A stretch of 51,273 bases of DNA, taken from assembly GCA_049999805.1 (NCBI GenBank), contig JBNGIO010005847.1, positions 1 to 51,273 on the forward strand, in the 5' to 3' direction. Within the stretch, counting starts at the first letter, position 1, and each line of letters begins with the position of its first letter. Below, in pieces: positions 11,569 to 24,119 of the stretch. Made by a program: the position numbers and the translations under genes. The notes under the pieces are model-generated. The model did no database searches. It saw nothing but the letters and a program-made list of their open reading frames with translations, and was not told where the DNA came from. Source of the DNA: Folioceros fuciformis (taxonomy: Eukaryota).

Positions 11569-13162
11569 GCGAGGCAAAATATGGACCATGTGGGCGGTGC
11601 CACAGGAATAGAAGAGATATTTGAGAGATACTGTAGGGACATACGGGGTGCGAAGGCAGAGTTGCCACGGATGATGGACCATCTCCGAACCAATAAATGT
11701 TGAGGGCTTCGCACGAGGAGTGGGCCTGTGTTTCAATCTTCGAAGCGATGAATGCTTCACTCGTGAAAAATCCTACGTGACATGTCCTACTTGTGTCCAT
11801 CCAAAGACCTCCATACGCCGACGGTTTTGCCGCGACGCATTGCGCCATGCGCGTAAGCGCCCCTGGCAATAGGGCTGAGCGGGCTGAACGAAGCACACTC
11901 GATCCCGCCCGCGTCCGGTCGTCCCTCCACAAATTCCTCTTGAGCACACCCGCATCCACTCGCCCTTCAAGGGTCTGTCCACCTTCACTCCCCGGCCCGT
12001 CTCTCCTGCCGTGCCTACGTCTCAATCCAGGTGGGAGCTTAAGGTTGGAGTCAGAGGAGGGGGAGAAGGAGAGGGTACCGGGGTGTGTTGGGATCAGGCG
12101 TGAAGGGTCGGCAGTGCCGGCTTCGGGCAGGGGAAGGAATTGGCGGAGAAAGGATGTCAGGCTTTTGAGGGAGACCGAGATCAGGCCGGGAAGAGGAAGG
12201 ACGGGAAGGGGGTCGAGCTGGAGAGGAAGGATTTTAAGATCGCCTATGTTGGATGAATAGACTGTAGAGGAGGATTTTAAGATCGCTTATGTTGCATGAA
12301 TAGACTTGCAAATTTGTTTCAGGAGAGATCTGAAATGTGCTGGGAGTTTAGATTGTCGATGAAGAATTGTCCAAGCAGTGCATGGAATGCAGCACGCTTG
12401 CTTTCGCAGGCAGAACTTGGCTGAAGCACGGTTGGCAAGGAGTAGTGGGTTTACGTTTCAATTGAGAAAGCTCGATCCTTTGAACGAGGCTGGCAGGACT
12501 AACCACGAGCCCGCGCACCATTGCCTGATCTTGTATGTACATGATAGGAAATGTGGGCTACGCTTGGCATCTGTAGGAGTTTGAAACCTGATCTGAACGT
12601 GTAGAATTGTAGCTGCAATGGAAGTGAAAACGCAAACAAATGTATATGAGTAATCCTCTCCCATCAAAAGCACGGCAGCGCGGAGTGAGGAATCGAAATC
12701 TCAGCGTTCTCCAGAGGGTGGGAGGAGAGGAAGAGAGATAGGGGGAAGAGGGAGGCCTACAGCGCGTAGGGTTATGGCGCAAGGCGTCGCAGCAAAACCG
12801 GATGTGTGCTGGCTAGCCTTAGGCGTATGCAGTTCTTTGGATGGACGGGGAATGACATGCCACGTTCGATTTCACGAGTGAAGCAGTCATCGCTTCGGAA
12901 ATTGAGCCGCAGCGGAGGAGCGGCCTCGCTTGCGCTTGCACTAATGGCTCGTGGCGTTCCGAGATCACCCCCCGGAGTGAAACCCCTGCGTCGCGACGAG
13001 ATAGGCTTGCAGAGTTGCTCAACAACGTACACCATCCCGTACCCAAAATAATCTCCACGTAGAAGCAGGTTTGACATCGGGGGCCGTGGGGCTGCCACAT
13101 TCAAAGGCTATCATAAACTGTGAGAGACGGATACCAGCCATGTCGCCAATGAGACAAATCCT

Positions 13163-15700
13163 CTAAACATCGTAGATCCTCCGAACTGCTCGAATCTGCT
13201 CCCGACAGATAGGACACCTGGGCGAGGTTCCCTTTTGTATGCTGAAGACAACCAACCAAACACCAGAGAGTGAGACAGGCTGTCCCAGGAGACAACATGC
13301 AAGACCTTCACTCTTGTCAGTGACTACTAATCCATTTACCTACATACCTGACACCACAGTTGTAACAGGTAGATCGGTGGCCACACGGGTCAATAAAGCT
13401 GTCCTTGGGATTCTCAAAGCACACTGCACAAAGATCGCCTTCTGGGAGCCCTGTTTCCTCCTCCTCGACGCCTTGTTTGTCGTTCTTGTTTTTTATCAGA
13501 GGCTCTCTCTCCGAGCCCTCTCCCAGAACTGAACTATCCGCCAGCGGGGCACTAGGTGCTGCAGAACGAGGTGGTGCTGCAGCATCCGGGGCTGTATTCA
13601 CTTGAGCAGGAAAAGCAACCTCTACAAAACGGTCATTCTCATCTCTTACGCCCTGCCAGGCTCGGTACATGCACACAGCTGCTACGCATCCTGAACAAAA
13701 CAATTAACATCAGGTCACAGGCATGACTAAAATCTCATGAGCAAAGTGTTCACACACATGCACAGTTACATGGACGGAATGCATTGTGCACAAAAACAAA
13801 AATTCAAATCCAAACCGACTGAGAAACTGAGAACATACCAACGATAATACCAATAATAACCCAAAGTAGCGCCCACCGTCCTATCTGTATTACTTCAACT
13901 TCCCAGTCTAGTACAGTACCCTACAGATCACAAAGGAAGATGTCACAAAAAATATGTGACAAGTCGAAAGTTTACGACACAAGAAGCCAATCCGACATTA
14001 CCTGAGAAGGGGTTTCCAGAACAATATATGTTGAGCCCAAGAATGGGGTATTTGCAGAACAGACTCTTTGGAAAACTTCACATACTGTATCAGCCTTTGT
14101 TGTCTCGTACAGGAGGGAGTGAATCTTCACGTCAACTAAGGCCTGCTGCATAGTTTTTTTGCATTCAAGAGAGCTCAGCACATTCAACAGTCCAGGATAC
14201 AGCACACGAGACCCCTCCGATTCAAATGGATTTACCTTACTCGTGTAGGAATAAAGATTGCCAAGCCCTATGTAATACATATCATCAGAAGGTACCACAA
14301 ATGAAGTCTCTCCAGTCCCTGCACAGATAACAAACAAATAAGCAGAAGCAGAAGGGTAAAAGTCATCATAGATGTACTCCGACATAGTGCAAGAATCGTC
14401 CAGACTCCCTTGGCAGCCCCTTGCTCACCTGTTAACCAGGTCCAAAATTCTGCTGTCCCTGGATCCTTAGGGTTGTCCTTCCATTCCTCCAAGCCATTGC
14501 GCCCTGCATTTTCGAATCTCAAGACTGACAATCTACCCTTCATCTAGGAACAGATAAATGCCTGACACAGAGTCACAAGCTTTTCCCGTTGAGGCCCAAT
14601 AGGTTACCTGAAGGTATGGCCAGGATTAGTCCAGAACTTGGGACACTGTACGAAATTTTCAATTCTGAACCCTTGTTCAGCCAGAACGCCCATTGCTGAA
14701 AAGGGTACAAACAACTGCATCCGCTTCAGATGTAGAAGTAGTGCACATCCGTAAGAGAAAAATCATTAGCACACAGGGCAACTTACCCAATACGAGTTAG
14801 GACCTAAAGAAGAATTGAAGTTCACCGAGTAGTCTGCTGAGCGACTCAGAGCTGGTTTTTCAGAGAAAGTATACAAAACAGGGCCCTTACTTGCCATGAG
14901 GTTCTTCACCTGCACAAGATACAGCCCATATAGAGGCATTACCAACATAGCACATAGCTCGATCTCTTGAACATTGACAGATCTGATGCAAAAGTGACGA
15001 TCTTTCCAAGAAAGCGCAAACATATGCTGCACCCGTGCATAATAATCAAGAATAGAACAATCCCGAAGTTCTCACAAAATACCTGAATCTCCCTGGTAAA
15101 GAGTGACGATACGTCGATCGGCATAGTACTGCTGGATTTCAATGTCCAAACCTCGCTCCTGTGCCCATACTCCTGACGAATGCTATTGAAAGTAACTGCA
15201 CAATTGAAACCGAAATAATACTTGTCAAGCAGTGCGACTTGTCTACCAGAGTCTCTCCATATTCACAATACGAAACATCCATGACCTGCTGGCAGGGAAG
15301 CCAACCCACAAAGTAGAAGTGAAGCATCCCTCCCATCTGACTATTGAAATTGGTAGGTGACGACGTTACCTAAAGTAACAAAGGCTATAGCCACCCAGGG
15401 GAATATCAGACAAACCCAGCTCAATAACGAAACCCCAAAATCTCGTAAAGAACTTGTATACATTGGTCCCGGAGTGACTATTGGTACAATCATGGGAGTT
15501 CGAGCGGGAAATATGTGATGGTGAGGATGGTGCAAGAAAGGACGGTGGCTAGGTCCATGATGGATAGGGAAACTGCCTCCCGAGTCACGACCAACCCCTC
15601 CACCTCCATATCTGTGACCAAACTGTCCACCTCCATCACGTCCGTGACTAAAGCCTCCACCTCCACCATGCCCATGACTTCCGTGGTGCCCGTGAGCCAT
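13163..15700 (-). CDS. APD1-4-like membrane-anchored RING E3 ubiquitin ligase, ~10 exons (15700-15370, 15195-15083, 14909-14787, 14695-14608, 14503-14429, 14318-14236, ~14142-14001, ~13920-13839, ~13690-13348, ~13241-13163)
   Basis: N-terminal TM, PIDVSSLFTREIQV, GPVLYTFSEKP.L, WAFWLNKGS.L.ISY, YYIGLGNL, second TM, C-terminal RING CAVCFENPKDSFIDPCGHRSTCYNCG..CPICREQIRAVRRIYDV*. Confidence 0.85.
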
Positions 15701-15899
15701 TTTTACCTTTCGTTCAGCTATGAAAGAGCAATCACCGGCTAAGTTCGCGTGATTTCTTCTGTTCTGCAGTGACTTAAGTGACAAGATTTAGCTGAAGCGC
15801 GACATACTAAAACACTTGTGAATAAACAAAGCGTATTCATGAACCCTGATGCCTGATCTTCCAGTGCCAGCACCCAGCATGTACTGACAAACATGAACT

Positions 15900-16200
15900 C
15901 ATCAGTACCTGGTTATCGGACTGGACGACACCTTCACAAGAGCCGGCCTGATGGACTTCTTCTACGACCACGTTCCCGATAACGAAAATTGCATCGGATC
16001 TGCCCTATCCGTGAGCACTGATCTCATCGGTACTGCCACTTTCGTCACAAGCAGGGACGGGATCAGCCCCTTGCTCATCGACAATATAAACAGACCTCAC
16101 TTGAATAACTTCTGCTAGCTACTAGCGGCCACCAGCACCGCCAAGATGGTGCTACTTGTCGTCACCTCCACAGGCCACACGTATATACAACATACAAGAA
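15900..16200 (+). pseudogene. NPF: Degenerate 3' fragment of an NPF gene
   Basis: QYLVIGLDDTFTRAGLMDFFYDHVPDNENCIGSALSVS..SPLLIDNINRPHLNNFC*LLAA; collinear with 7273-7585 of the intact NPF. Confidence 0.85.
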
Positions 16201-16954
16201 CCTTCGCACGCCACAATTCAAGAAAGAAGCCACTCTGGGCCAGCGCTGAAATGCCTCCCTTGATCTCTGCTCTCTTCCACACAGGACGAAATGACAGAAG
16301 CAAAGACTTCTTCGATCTGCAGCTAAATTCTCCTCCAGCGTATCGGAAAAGCTTCCCACTGGCTTTGTGAAAGACCGCCTTTTTCCTCCGTGAGGAATAC
16401 TTTTAAATGGTTTTTTAAAACATACAATAAACATTCACAGATCCAAAATGACAGGAACGCGATAAACCAAAACTACAATAAGAGCAGTGTCATTGACAAT
16501 TAAAATTATTGAATTGTACACTCCACTCCGCGTTCAAGTGCGTGTCGCTCCTACCTGCTGCCACTTTGAGACATCCTGCGTAGGACAGGTGTCTTCGAGA
16601 ATTTGCATTTCCAGTGCTTGTTCCGCTATTTGACGTGTGCCAGCCATGGATGCTCTAAATTCTGACGGGTCATTTGTGGAGCACGAGTTGCAGCTGAGGC
16701 TGGCGCTGGAGCTAATTGTGCTAGGGAAGGTCAGAACTCTTTGGTGGCTGGGGTCGGAGGGCTCGTATTTACCGGTGGAGTTGGAGGCTGCTTGACTGAT
16801 CAAAGGTGCCGGCAAGCCGCAACCTGAAGTTGTCCTGGGAAGATCGAACGATTCAAGGTGGTTTCAGCATTGTGGTTTCAAGGCGTCCTGTCCAGTTCTG
16901 TTGAAATCTGGAGTTTCATTTCAGTCGTGCTGGGCCTCTCGTCTGCGGGCAGAA

Positions 16955-17149
16955 ATGTTTTTCTGTTTCATTTGCGATCAAAAGCGGGAAGTGAAGAGCG
17001 CACGACCTACCTCAGGCCTCTGCTCAAGATGTGGAGGAACGGCCGCAAATCTGAAAGTGAAGGATACTTGTCGCTTTTGCTTCATTCCCGTGTGCTGGAA
17101 AACGCACCGGTCACTCACATGCACTCGGTGCGGGGCACACCTCAAATAG
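16955..17149 (+). CDS. Small plant zinc-ribbon protein (64 aa)
   Basis: MFFCFICDQ..GLCSRCGG..CRFCFIPVCWKT.R...CTRCGAHL: two CxxC pairs and the FCFIP motif of the plant zinc-ribbon_15-type family. Confidence 0.85.
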   Translation: MFFCFICDQKREVKSARPTSGLCSRCGGTAANLKVKDTCRFCFIPVCWKTHRSLTCTRCGAHLK

Positions 17150-18663
17150 TCGCAGCTCAGCTCTACCGCTTCCAGTGGTGGCAGCAGACTCCTCTCTCCT
17201 TTGGCTTATACTGGCTTTGAGATGGACGACGAAGGTTGTCGGAGAAATCAGGTGTCGCTAGTTAGAAAGTTCTGAATTCTTTGGTATTGACAGTGTTGTA
17301 TTCTGTTAGAGACGGGCTGTCAAGTCCTGAATCAGGACTGCAGCAAATATTGACAGGAAATGTACAATTAATGACATGCTTTATTGACTCTGCCCTAATC
17401 TGAAGTGCAATAGAGGAGAACCAGAGGGTAACACTTTCTGTGTTACCCTCTTTAGTTGTATGGAGAGGCTGAGAATTCAGTGTCCGTGTTGGGCCCCCTC
17501 TTGTTCTGGGGGGGAACCACACGGCACCAGCATTTTCTGCAGGGGCACAAGACAAAATGCCTGCATTACGATCGAATGCAAACAGAGGGAGCCTGAAACG
17601 TCCCATTTCTGTGATAGTCGGGGTTTTAGGAGCTGAAATCCAACCACTTCCACTGTCCCACAACAAACATTCAGCAAAATTCCAACTCCACCAGCACGAG
17701 ATATTAACAGCTCGGGTAGTTGAAGGGTTCCATCCTTGGTTTTTTTAAGGCATGTTCGGTTGAAGGCACAAGCTTTGTTTGCTGAAGGTTCTACTAGAGA
17801 CTTGGTTTTTTTAGGGTATGTTTGGCTAAAGGTGCGACTTTGATAGATGAAATTTTCTAGCCCTTACCAAAAGGTTTCTTTGATGAAGGGTTTCACCTCT
17901 ACCCAAGAGGTTTCTTTGATGATGGGTTTCAACCCGAACCATGAGATTTCTTTGGTTCTTTTGTTGTTTTAACTATTAGGTTTTTTTATTTTTAGGTGTA
18001 TTTTCTCATCATGTCTTGTGATATGAGCTTTCTTCCAAAGTGGAGGAAAGAGTGTAAGAAGGGTTTTGGTTTCAGAGCTCAATACTTGTAAGGGTCACCT
18101 CAGAATTAATTCTTAAACAATGTGGCTACTCTACTAAGGGACGGGATGTATTGGTGAAAGGCACTGCCCGTAGCCCGTAAGGGCGCCAAATGTTGGCGCG
18201 AAAAGTGGAAAGGAGGGCTGGGGAGGGCCAAAACTAATTGGGGAATCTTGGGGAGGGCCAAAACTAATTGGGGAATCTTTCCTCCCTCCTAAAGCGAACC
18301 GCATTGTTTTTAGTAGTTTTGGTTTTGTTTCAGCCACATGGAAAGCGGTGCTAACCATGTGATTTTTCTTTGGGTATCTTGTTGTGACTTTTCAGTATTA
18401 TTATTATAATGGTATGTAGTTGATGGAATTGAGGTTTATCCTCTTGCAAATACTCATGTCAAGCAAGCTTTTCTTTTCCAAGAGTTATGTTGGCAATGGA
18501 ATTGAAGTTTATGCCCCAAGGGTTTGAGCAAGCTTGTTGGAAAGGAAAGAGGTTCAAAGATCCTCATGCCTCCCAAACTTGAGAATCCACCTCAAGACTA
18601 GTAGAAATTGATCGTTAATCTTAGTGGAAAAACTATCATAGGGCTTAGTTATAAGGGGAAGTC

Positions 18664-21469
18664 AGGTCAGTTGCGCATGAGCTCGAACCCGAACCCGGGC
18701 TACGCTAAACGACGAAAAGTGAACTACCTAGCCACTCAAAAAAAGTAGCCAGGGTCAGGTTCCTCATTTACGGAACAAGGTGTTTTTTTAGTGGTAGGAA
18801 TTGGAGTTCATGGTTGGGTTTTGGCTTGGCTGGTTAAGTACCTCTCTCTTCCTTCTCTCTCCCCGGCTCTTAGTTTCATGCTTGTTCGCATTCATTTCCA
18901 TGGTGCCTTTCTCATAGAGTCGTGCACACTTCGGAATGTCTTCCCTATTCGTGTCCTGTGGATTTCATCTCCTTCCATAGCAAGAAATGGATCTGAGCTG
19001 CCACAGCTCCACAGTCCATCCGATGTATCATTTTCTCACGTTCTTCAGGGCTAGGCGGGCGGGTCACTGACTTACATAGAAAGAACAAGGTAGCAGGAAA
19101 CAGGCTCTGCAACAAAGTCCAATAAGGTGCTGGTTTCGCTTGAAGGAAAACCGGGAGTTAGTGATGCGCCTTGACCTCTATACGTGGCCTGGGACCTCAG
19201 GAAGTAAGCAAGCAACCATGAAGGCACTCTGCAACTTTCCATCGGCTGTCATTTACCTCAGGCTAGTGCGCGCACAAAAAGCTCTTCGGCGAAGTCGACT
19301 GGCCCCTAAGTTGAGGCTCTTCCAGCGTCGACAAAGGGCCATGATCCAACTCTTGTGGTCAACCTTAGGGATCCCCCCCAAGGTGAGGGTTACCATCTGG
19401 TGTTTCTTCCAAGCTTGCTTGCCTAATGCACACCGTTGGGACGGGTTATTGGTGGCCACGGGGGAGGAATGTTGTAGGCTATGCAATGTTGGCACCCCTC
19501 ATAAAAGCCAACATATTTTCTATCAGTGCGATTATGTGCAAGGTATCTGGAACGAAGTGGGCCGGTGGTTACAGGGTCTTCTCCCTAAGAAGACCATCTT
19601 GGTTACCGAGCAAACAACATTATTTGGGCTAGATGGGCAGTTGGGGGGACCGCTGCTTCAGTACCAATGGTGGGGAGTGGTTTGGGCCTTGTCTCTCTTC
19701 TCGTTGTGGCAAAATTGGACGGCAATGGTCTATGGCGAGAACGATCCGGTCTCTAGAAAAGCTCTGTTATGGCGCATTTGGGAATAGGTCCTTGTGGTCG
19801 CGGAAAGCATGTGCACTTCCACCCACTCTAAGTTTAGAAGGAAAGAGTGGAAGCTAGCTGGCTTCCTCCGGCACAATGGTCAGTGGGACCACGCCTGCCC
19901 TTGGGGCAGGTAAGTACCATCAGGATTGGGTTTCTCCCGCCGTAGGTTAGATCAGGTGTACGTGTTTTGGCAGAATAGAACCAACTTGCATGCTAACTCA
20001 TCACTCAGTTGCATGCGTAACTGCTGTACCCTTGCTGCAATCTAGGTTGCGATGAATCAGATTTTTTTTCTCCTCGAAAAAAAATATATTATGTGAGTTT
20101 GACAGGTCCTATTAGGATCTGTCATATTGGCCTCCCAAGAAATCACGGAGGCATTGCAGAGTGAAAGAATTGGTAGTATTGCAGACTGCAAGAGGGAATG
20201 ACATGGACAGATATCAGGTTGGAAGGAGCAAAGAGCAGACCAAGATGGGAGCCCAACAACGGGCCGCTATTGCAGCCCAATGCCTTGATGATGGTATCAC
20301 CCGGACTGTCGCTTAGTGTCAGAACAAGTGGGAGGCTCTCTTCATAAATTACAAAAAAATCAGTGACTTCCAAAAGACCATTTGGAATAGGAAGAACAGA
20401 TATTGGGCGACGGATTCCAAAACCAAAGCAAGCTATGGTCTACCTGCCAATTTCTTTCAAATTGTGTATAATCTTGTCAATTTTTGGTGTGGTGAGAGTC
20501 ATGTTGTCAATCTAGAAGGGCTTGTTTTTATTCATCTAGTATCAATTCGGAGAATGCTGCAAACCAAGAGGAATTAGAGTTGTCCTCGTGTGGACTTGAA
20601 TCCAATTTGTAATTCCATGCATCTTGAGAAACTCTTCTTTGACCAAAGCCAGACCTTGGTCATTAGACCATGCCAAGTGGACATTACCATAGATGAGAAG
20701 GGCTCTCACAAATCTCATGCAAACATTGTGAACAATGCTAGTGCTAAGATCAAACGATTCACTCAAACTGAATTAATTATCTCTAGTTGCTTATCTTCAT
20801 AAAGCTACAACAACATGTTTATCAATATCCATGACTTTGTCTAGTATGCTACCAAAGCCATCAACCCATCGCTTGAGCATCTCGGGACTTACTAATCCAC
20901 AGATGTAGGTGAATGAGCTTGGCTTGAATTAAAAAAAGTGCTTAATTCTAGCTTTATTTGTAACAGCAACAACACCTTCATACAAAAGCCAAAAATCCTT
21001 GACATGAGGCTTGATGTAGTAGGCACCATACTGCAATCCATGCAACAATCCTGGAGGGATTCTATTGAAGGAGGCAAGAAGCGCTATGTAGTCATTCAGT
21101 CTAAGGATTGCGACATGAAGCTCTAAATTCATGACCTCGAGTTGTCGGGTTACCAAATTGGATGCAGCGCAAGTAGTTTCACCCAAATTTGGAAGGCGCT
21201 TTGGATCTCCAAGCATAGTAATGAGCCCTGCTATAACAAGGACCAAGAATAGCAGTATAGTCTCCATCAGAGACGTGTGCTCTCACACATTTACGGACAC
21301 GAAAAGAAAGATGCCTCACATCTAAAAAACCTCCTATTCTGATTGACCTACTACGAGACCCGACATGTGGCGTTTAGATGGGTCTATATATTTGGAATAC
21401 ATGCGAGCACCCGAACCCAAACCTGGGCAAATTAGCCAAGTCCGGGTTGATACTCATGCGAAATGGCCC
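18664..21469 (-). mobile_element. Degenerate PIF/Harbinger DNA transposon
   Basis: Imperfect TIRs (AGGTCAGTTGCGCATGAG..AACCCG at 18664 vs CGGGTT..CTCATGCGAAATGGCCC at 21469, followed by TTA); minus-strand HARBI1-like remnant FDLSTSIVHNVCMRFVRALL...HLAWS...VKEEF.KMHGI.NW at ~20540-20830. Confidence 0.7.
19060..20084 (+). mobile_element. 5'-truncated LINE (non-LTR) 3' end nested in the Harbinger element
   Basis: zf-RVT-like LW...IPPKVRVTIW...LP...CRLC....HIFYQC.YVQGIW; A-run at 20077-20084; left boundary approximate. Confidence 0.8.
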
Positions 21470-21599
21470 TTACTTTTATATCTCATAACTATATTGGATG
21501 GCTTTTTTTTTCATCATGACTATATTCAATAACTTTTGTTTATTGTAACTTATAAGAGAAAGTTAGAAAAGGGAAAACGTATGTACGGAGGGTCATCAC

Positions 21600-21860
21600 T
21601 TGGAGATTTCATGCTGCCGTTAACACTTGTTCCTAGACGCGCCAAAGTATTGCCTTGGTAGTCATCGAAAACCAAAGGCAAAAGATGCATAAACTCCACA
21701 CCAAACCCCACAATTGATTTTGCATCAATGGGTTACCAGAAGTTTGATCTACACCGACGAGGAGGGATTGTTCAGTGAGCACCGAATCCACCAAAGGAAA
21801 GAGCCGTTGCATCGAGTTCTCCACCTCTCGCCAAACCGCTCGCGCAAACTCGCATTGCTG
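21600..21860 (-). mobile_element. Second LINE zf-RVT-tail fragment
   Basis: QCEFARAVWREV...LTEQSLLVGVD....PLMQNQLWGLVWSLCIFCLW..KAILWRV parallels the C-terminus of ORF 19140..19787. Confidence 0.75.
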
Positions 21861-22257
21861 GTTGAGGCTTCAAACTTGTTTGTTTTGGTTAGATGAGGAA
21901 GGGTGTACCACATCATGGTTTGAGGACATTGTTGGGCAGAAACTAGTCTTCCTTGAATATAATGCCTAGAATTCATGATGTAGTGGCGATTTGAAACCTC
22001 TTGGTGCAGGTGTACTACAACTATCCCTCTCCACCAAGGGCAGTTGACAACTAGATAGTAACATCTAAGCGATGCAAGAGGTAAAAAATAATAAAGTCAT
22101 GGGCCCATGGCATTGACCTAGGCCCCAACATTGTCACTCTCCCTTGTCTGAGGTGTGTAGTAGAGGTGGGCACTTCGAATCACAAGTCAGGGCCAAGAGA
22201 CTAGGGCGGGCAGGCTTTTGTAAGAAGGAATAAAACATGCAAATAGCTCTGATACCA

Positions 22258-23327
22258 GGTATTAAGTACTCATTTGCCTCCATATGTGAAACTTTCAAGC
22301 AAGGATTGCCCAAGTTTTGCGGAGGACAAAGCTGAAATGGAGAAGGTTCCATACTCATTAGCTGTAGGGAGTTTGATGTATGCAATGATTGCTACACGTC
22401 CTGACATTGCCTTTGCAGTGGGAGTAGTTAGCAAGTTTATGTCATACCCTGGCAAGGAGCATTGGGAGGCAGTGAAAGGAGTTATGAGGTACTTGAATGG
22501 TACAAAAGCTTTGTGCTTATGTTTTGGTAGTGAAGATGCATCTGTCGTGGGATATACGGATGCTGATTATGCAGGGGATATGGACAACAGGAGGTCCATA
22601 TCAGGTTATGTCTTCATGTGCACTAGAGGGGTAGTCTCATGGCGATCTCGTTTGCAATCGTGCATAACGCTATCTACCATGGAGGCCGAGTATGTTGCAG
22701 CGACTGAGGCGTGCAAGGAAGCCATTTGGCTTGCTCGTTTAGTGGGAGATTTGGGGATCAAGGTTGGGAATTGCATTGTGATAGTTAGAGTGCTATCTAA
22801 TTGGCGAAGAATCCAGTGTTTTATGAGAAGACCAAACATGTGGAGGTGAAGTATCACTTCATTCGAGATGTGTTGGAAGACAAGAGGGTACATATTGTCA
22901 AAGTTCACACCAGTCAGAACCTTGCAGATGTTCTTACCAAGGGGCTCTCTTCGGAGCAATTCGCACAAGCTCGGACACTCATGGGCATGAGGTAGACCTC
23001 TCTCCTGTGAAGGTAAATTGGCCTTTAAGGCGGAGGTTATAGGATTATTAAAGCTCAATGTGCTTAGACTAATGTGATTAGTCTAAGATTAGTGTTTAGT
23101 TAAGTACCATTAGTTTAGATTAGCTTAAACTAATATGTAGGAAGCTTCTTGTGCAGCTTCATGTGCGCTTCTTGTGAAGCTTCCTAGGGAGCTCTTCTAG
23201 AGGGTATAAATACCCCTTTGGGCTCCCTTGCTATAGAGACTCTGTGTGAGAGTGTGACCTCTCTTTCTCCTCTCCTTGTTGCCTGCTCCTCTCCTCTCCT
23301 TCACCATACTCCTCTATCGATCCTTCA
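22258..23327 (+). mobile_element. 3' portion of a Ty1/Copia element (RT end, RNase H, PPT, 3' LTR 23038-23327)
   Basis: VPYSLAVGSLMYAMIATRPDIAFAV, GYTDADYAGD.D.RRS.SGY, LST.EAEYVA, KTKHVEVKYHFIR; purine tract AAGGCGGAGG; LTR homologous to 47201-47572. Confidence 0.95.
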
Positions 23328-23664
23328 ATAGCATCACAAATGGGTAGTGACTTCGGGAGTTGTCACCTTAACAACCTCTAAGATATGTGTAGTGTTACAC
23401 AACCATAAGCCTAATGAACTTGAGAAGATTTTAATTTAAAAGTGTGTACAACATGTAGAGGTATTTATAAATCTTAGTCAATTCAAAAATAAAATGTGAT
23501 AACTTGTTGTATTTTAGTAGATGAATAAGATTTATTATGTATAAATCTAACTAATAATGATCCATGCTGAAACCAAACAAAAAGAATTGCATGTTTGTGA
23601 AAAACTGGAGTTCGTAGATATATTAAAAAATACATAATTTGATAAATATTCTAACTGTGTAATT

Positions 23665-23777
23665 AGACTATTAGCTCAACAGGTTAGAACGTCGTGCCAG
23701 GCGCGCGACGGTCTACCCTGCGTGACGGCTCGTAGAGATGAGGAGGCACACAGCATGTTCAAAACCTGTGTAGGCTA
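23665..23777 (+). pseudogene. tRNA-Ile(AAU)-like relic interrupted by a ~39-nt insertion
   Basis: AGACTATTAGCTCAACAGGTTAGAACGTCGTGC..CGCGACGGTC then GCATGTTCAAAACCTGTGTAGGCTA, resembling remembered plant cytosolic tRNA-Ile GGCCTATTAGCTCAGTTGGTTAGAGCGTCGTGC..CGCGAAGGTCGCAGGTTCGAGACCTGCATGGGCCA; anticodon loop destroyed. Confidence 0.65.
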
Positions 23778-24119
23778 ATTCTGAAAATCAGATCCCCATC
23801 CGTATTTTGGAGCAGCTAACAACGTGACAGCTCGTAGAGATGAGGAGGCAAACGTGGGGAAGGCATAGCAAGCAAGTGGCTGCCGATCTTGTGGACGACC
23901 CATGAGGGGTGGGGCGCTCGCTCACGGGATGCTTGGGTTTGCACATGCATTTGCAAAGCGCAAAGCGGTTGGATGGTGAAAATAATGGCACCAGATTTCA
24001 GTACTGAATCCATCATGAAGAGCAGCCACGCTAGCTCACAGGCTAGCTTGCGCACATCCTGATGTGCCACATGAGACTGCTACAAATGCGTTGATGAAGC
24101 TGTGATTCAGAGCCAGGCT

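Noticed and set aside
11700..13100. GC-rich ORFs and a possible non-coding or snoRNA-host transcript
   Set aside because: No convincing box motifs or protein similarity by eye
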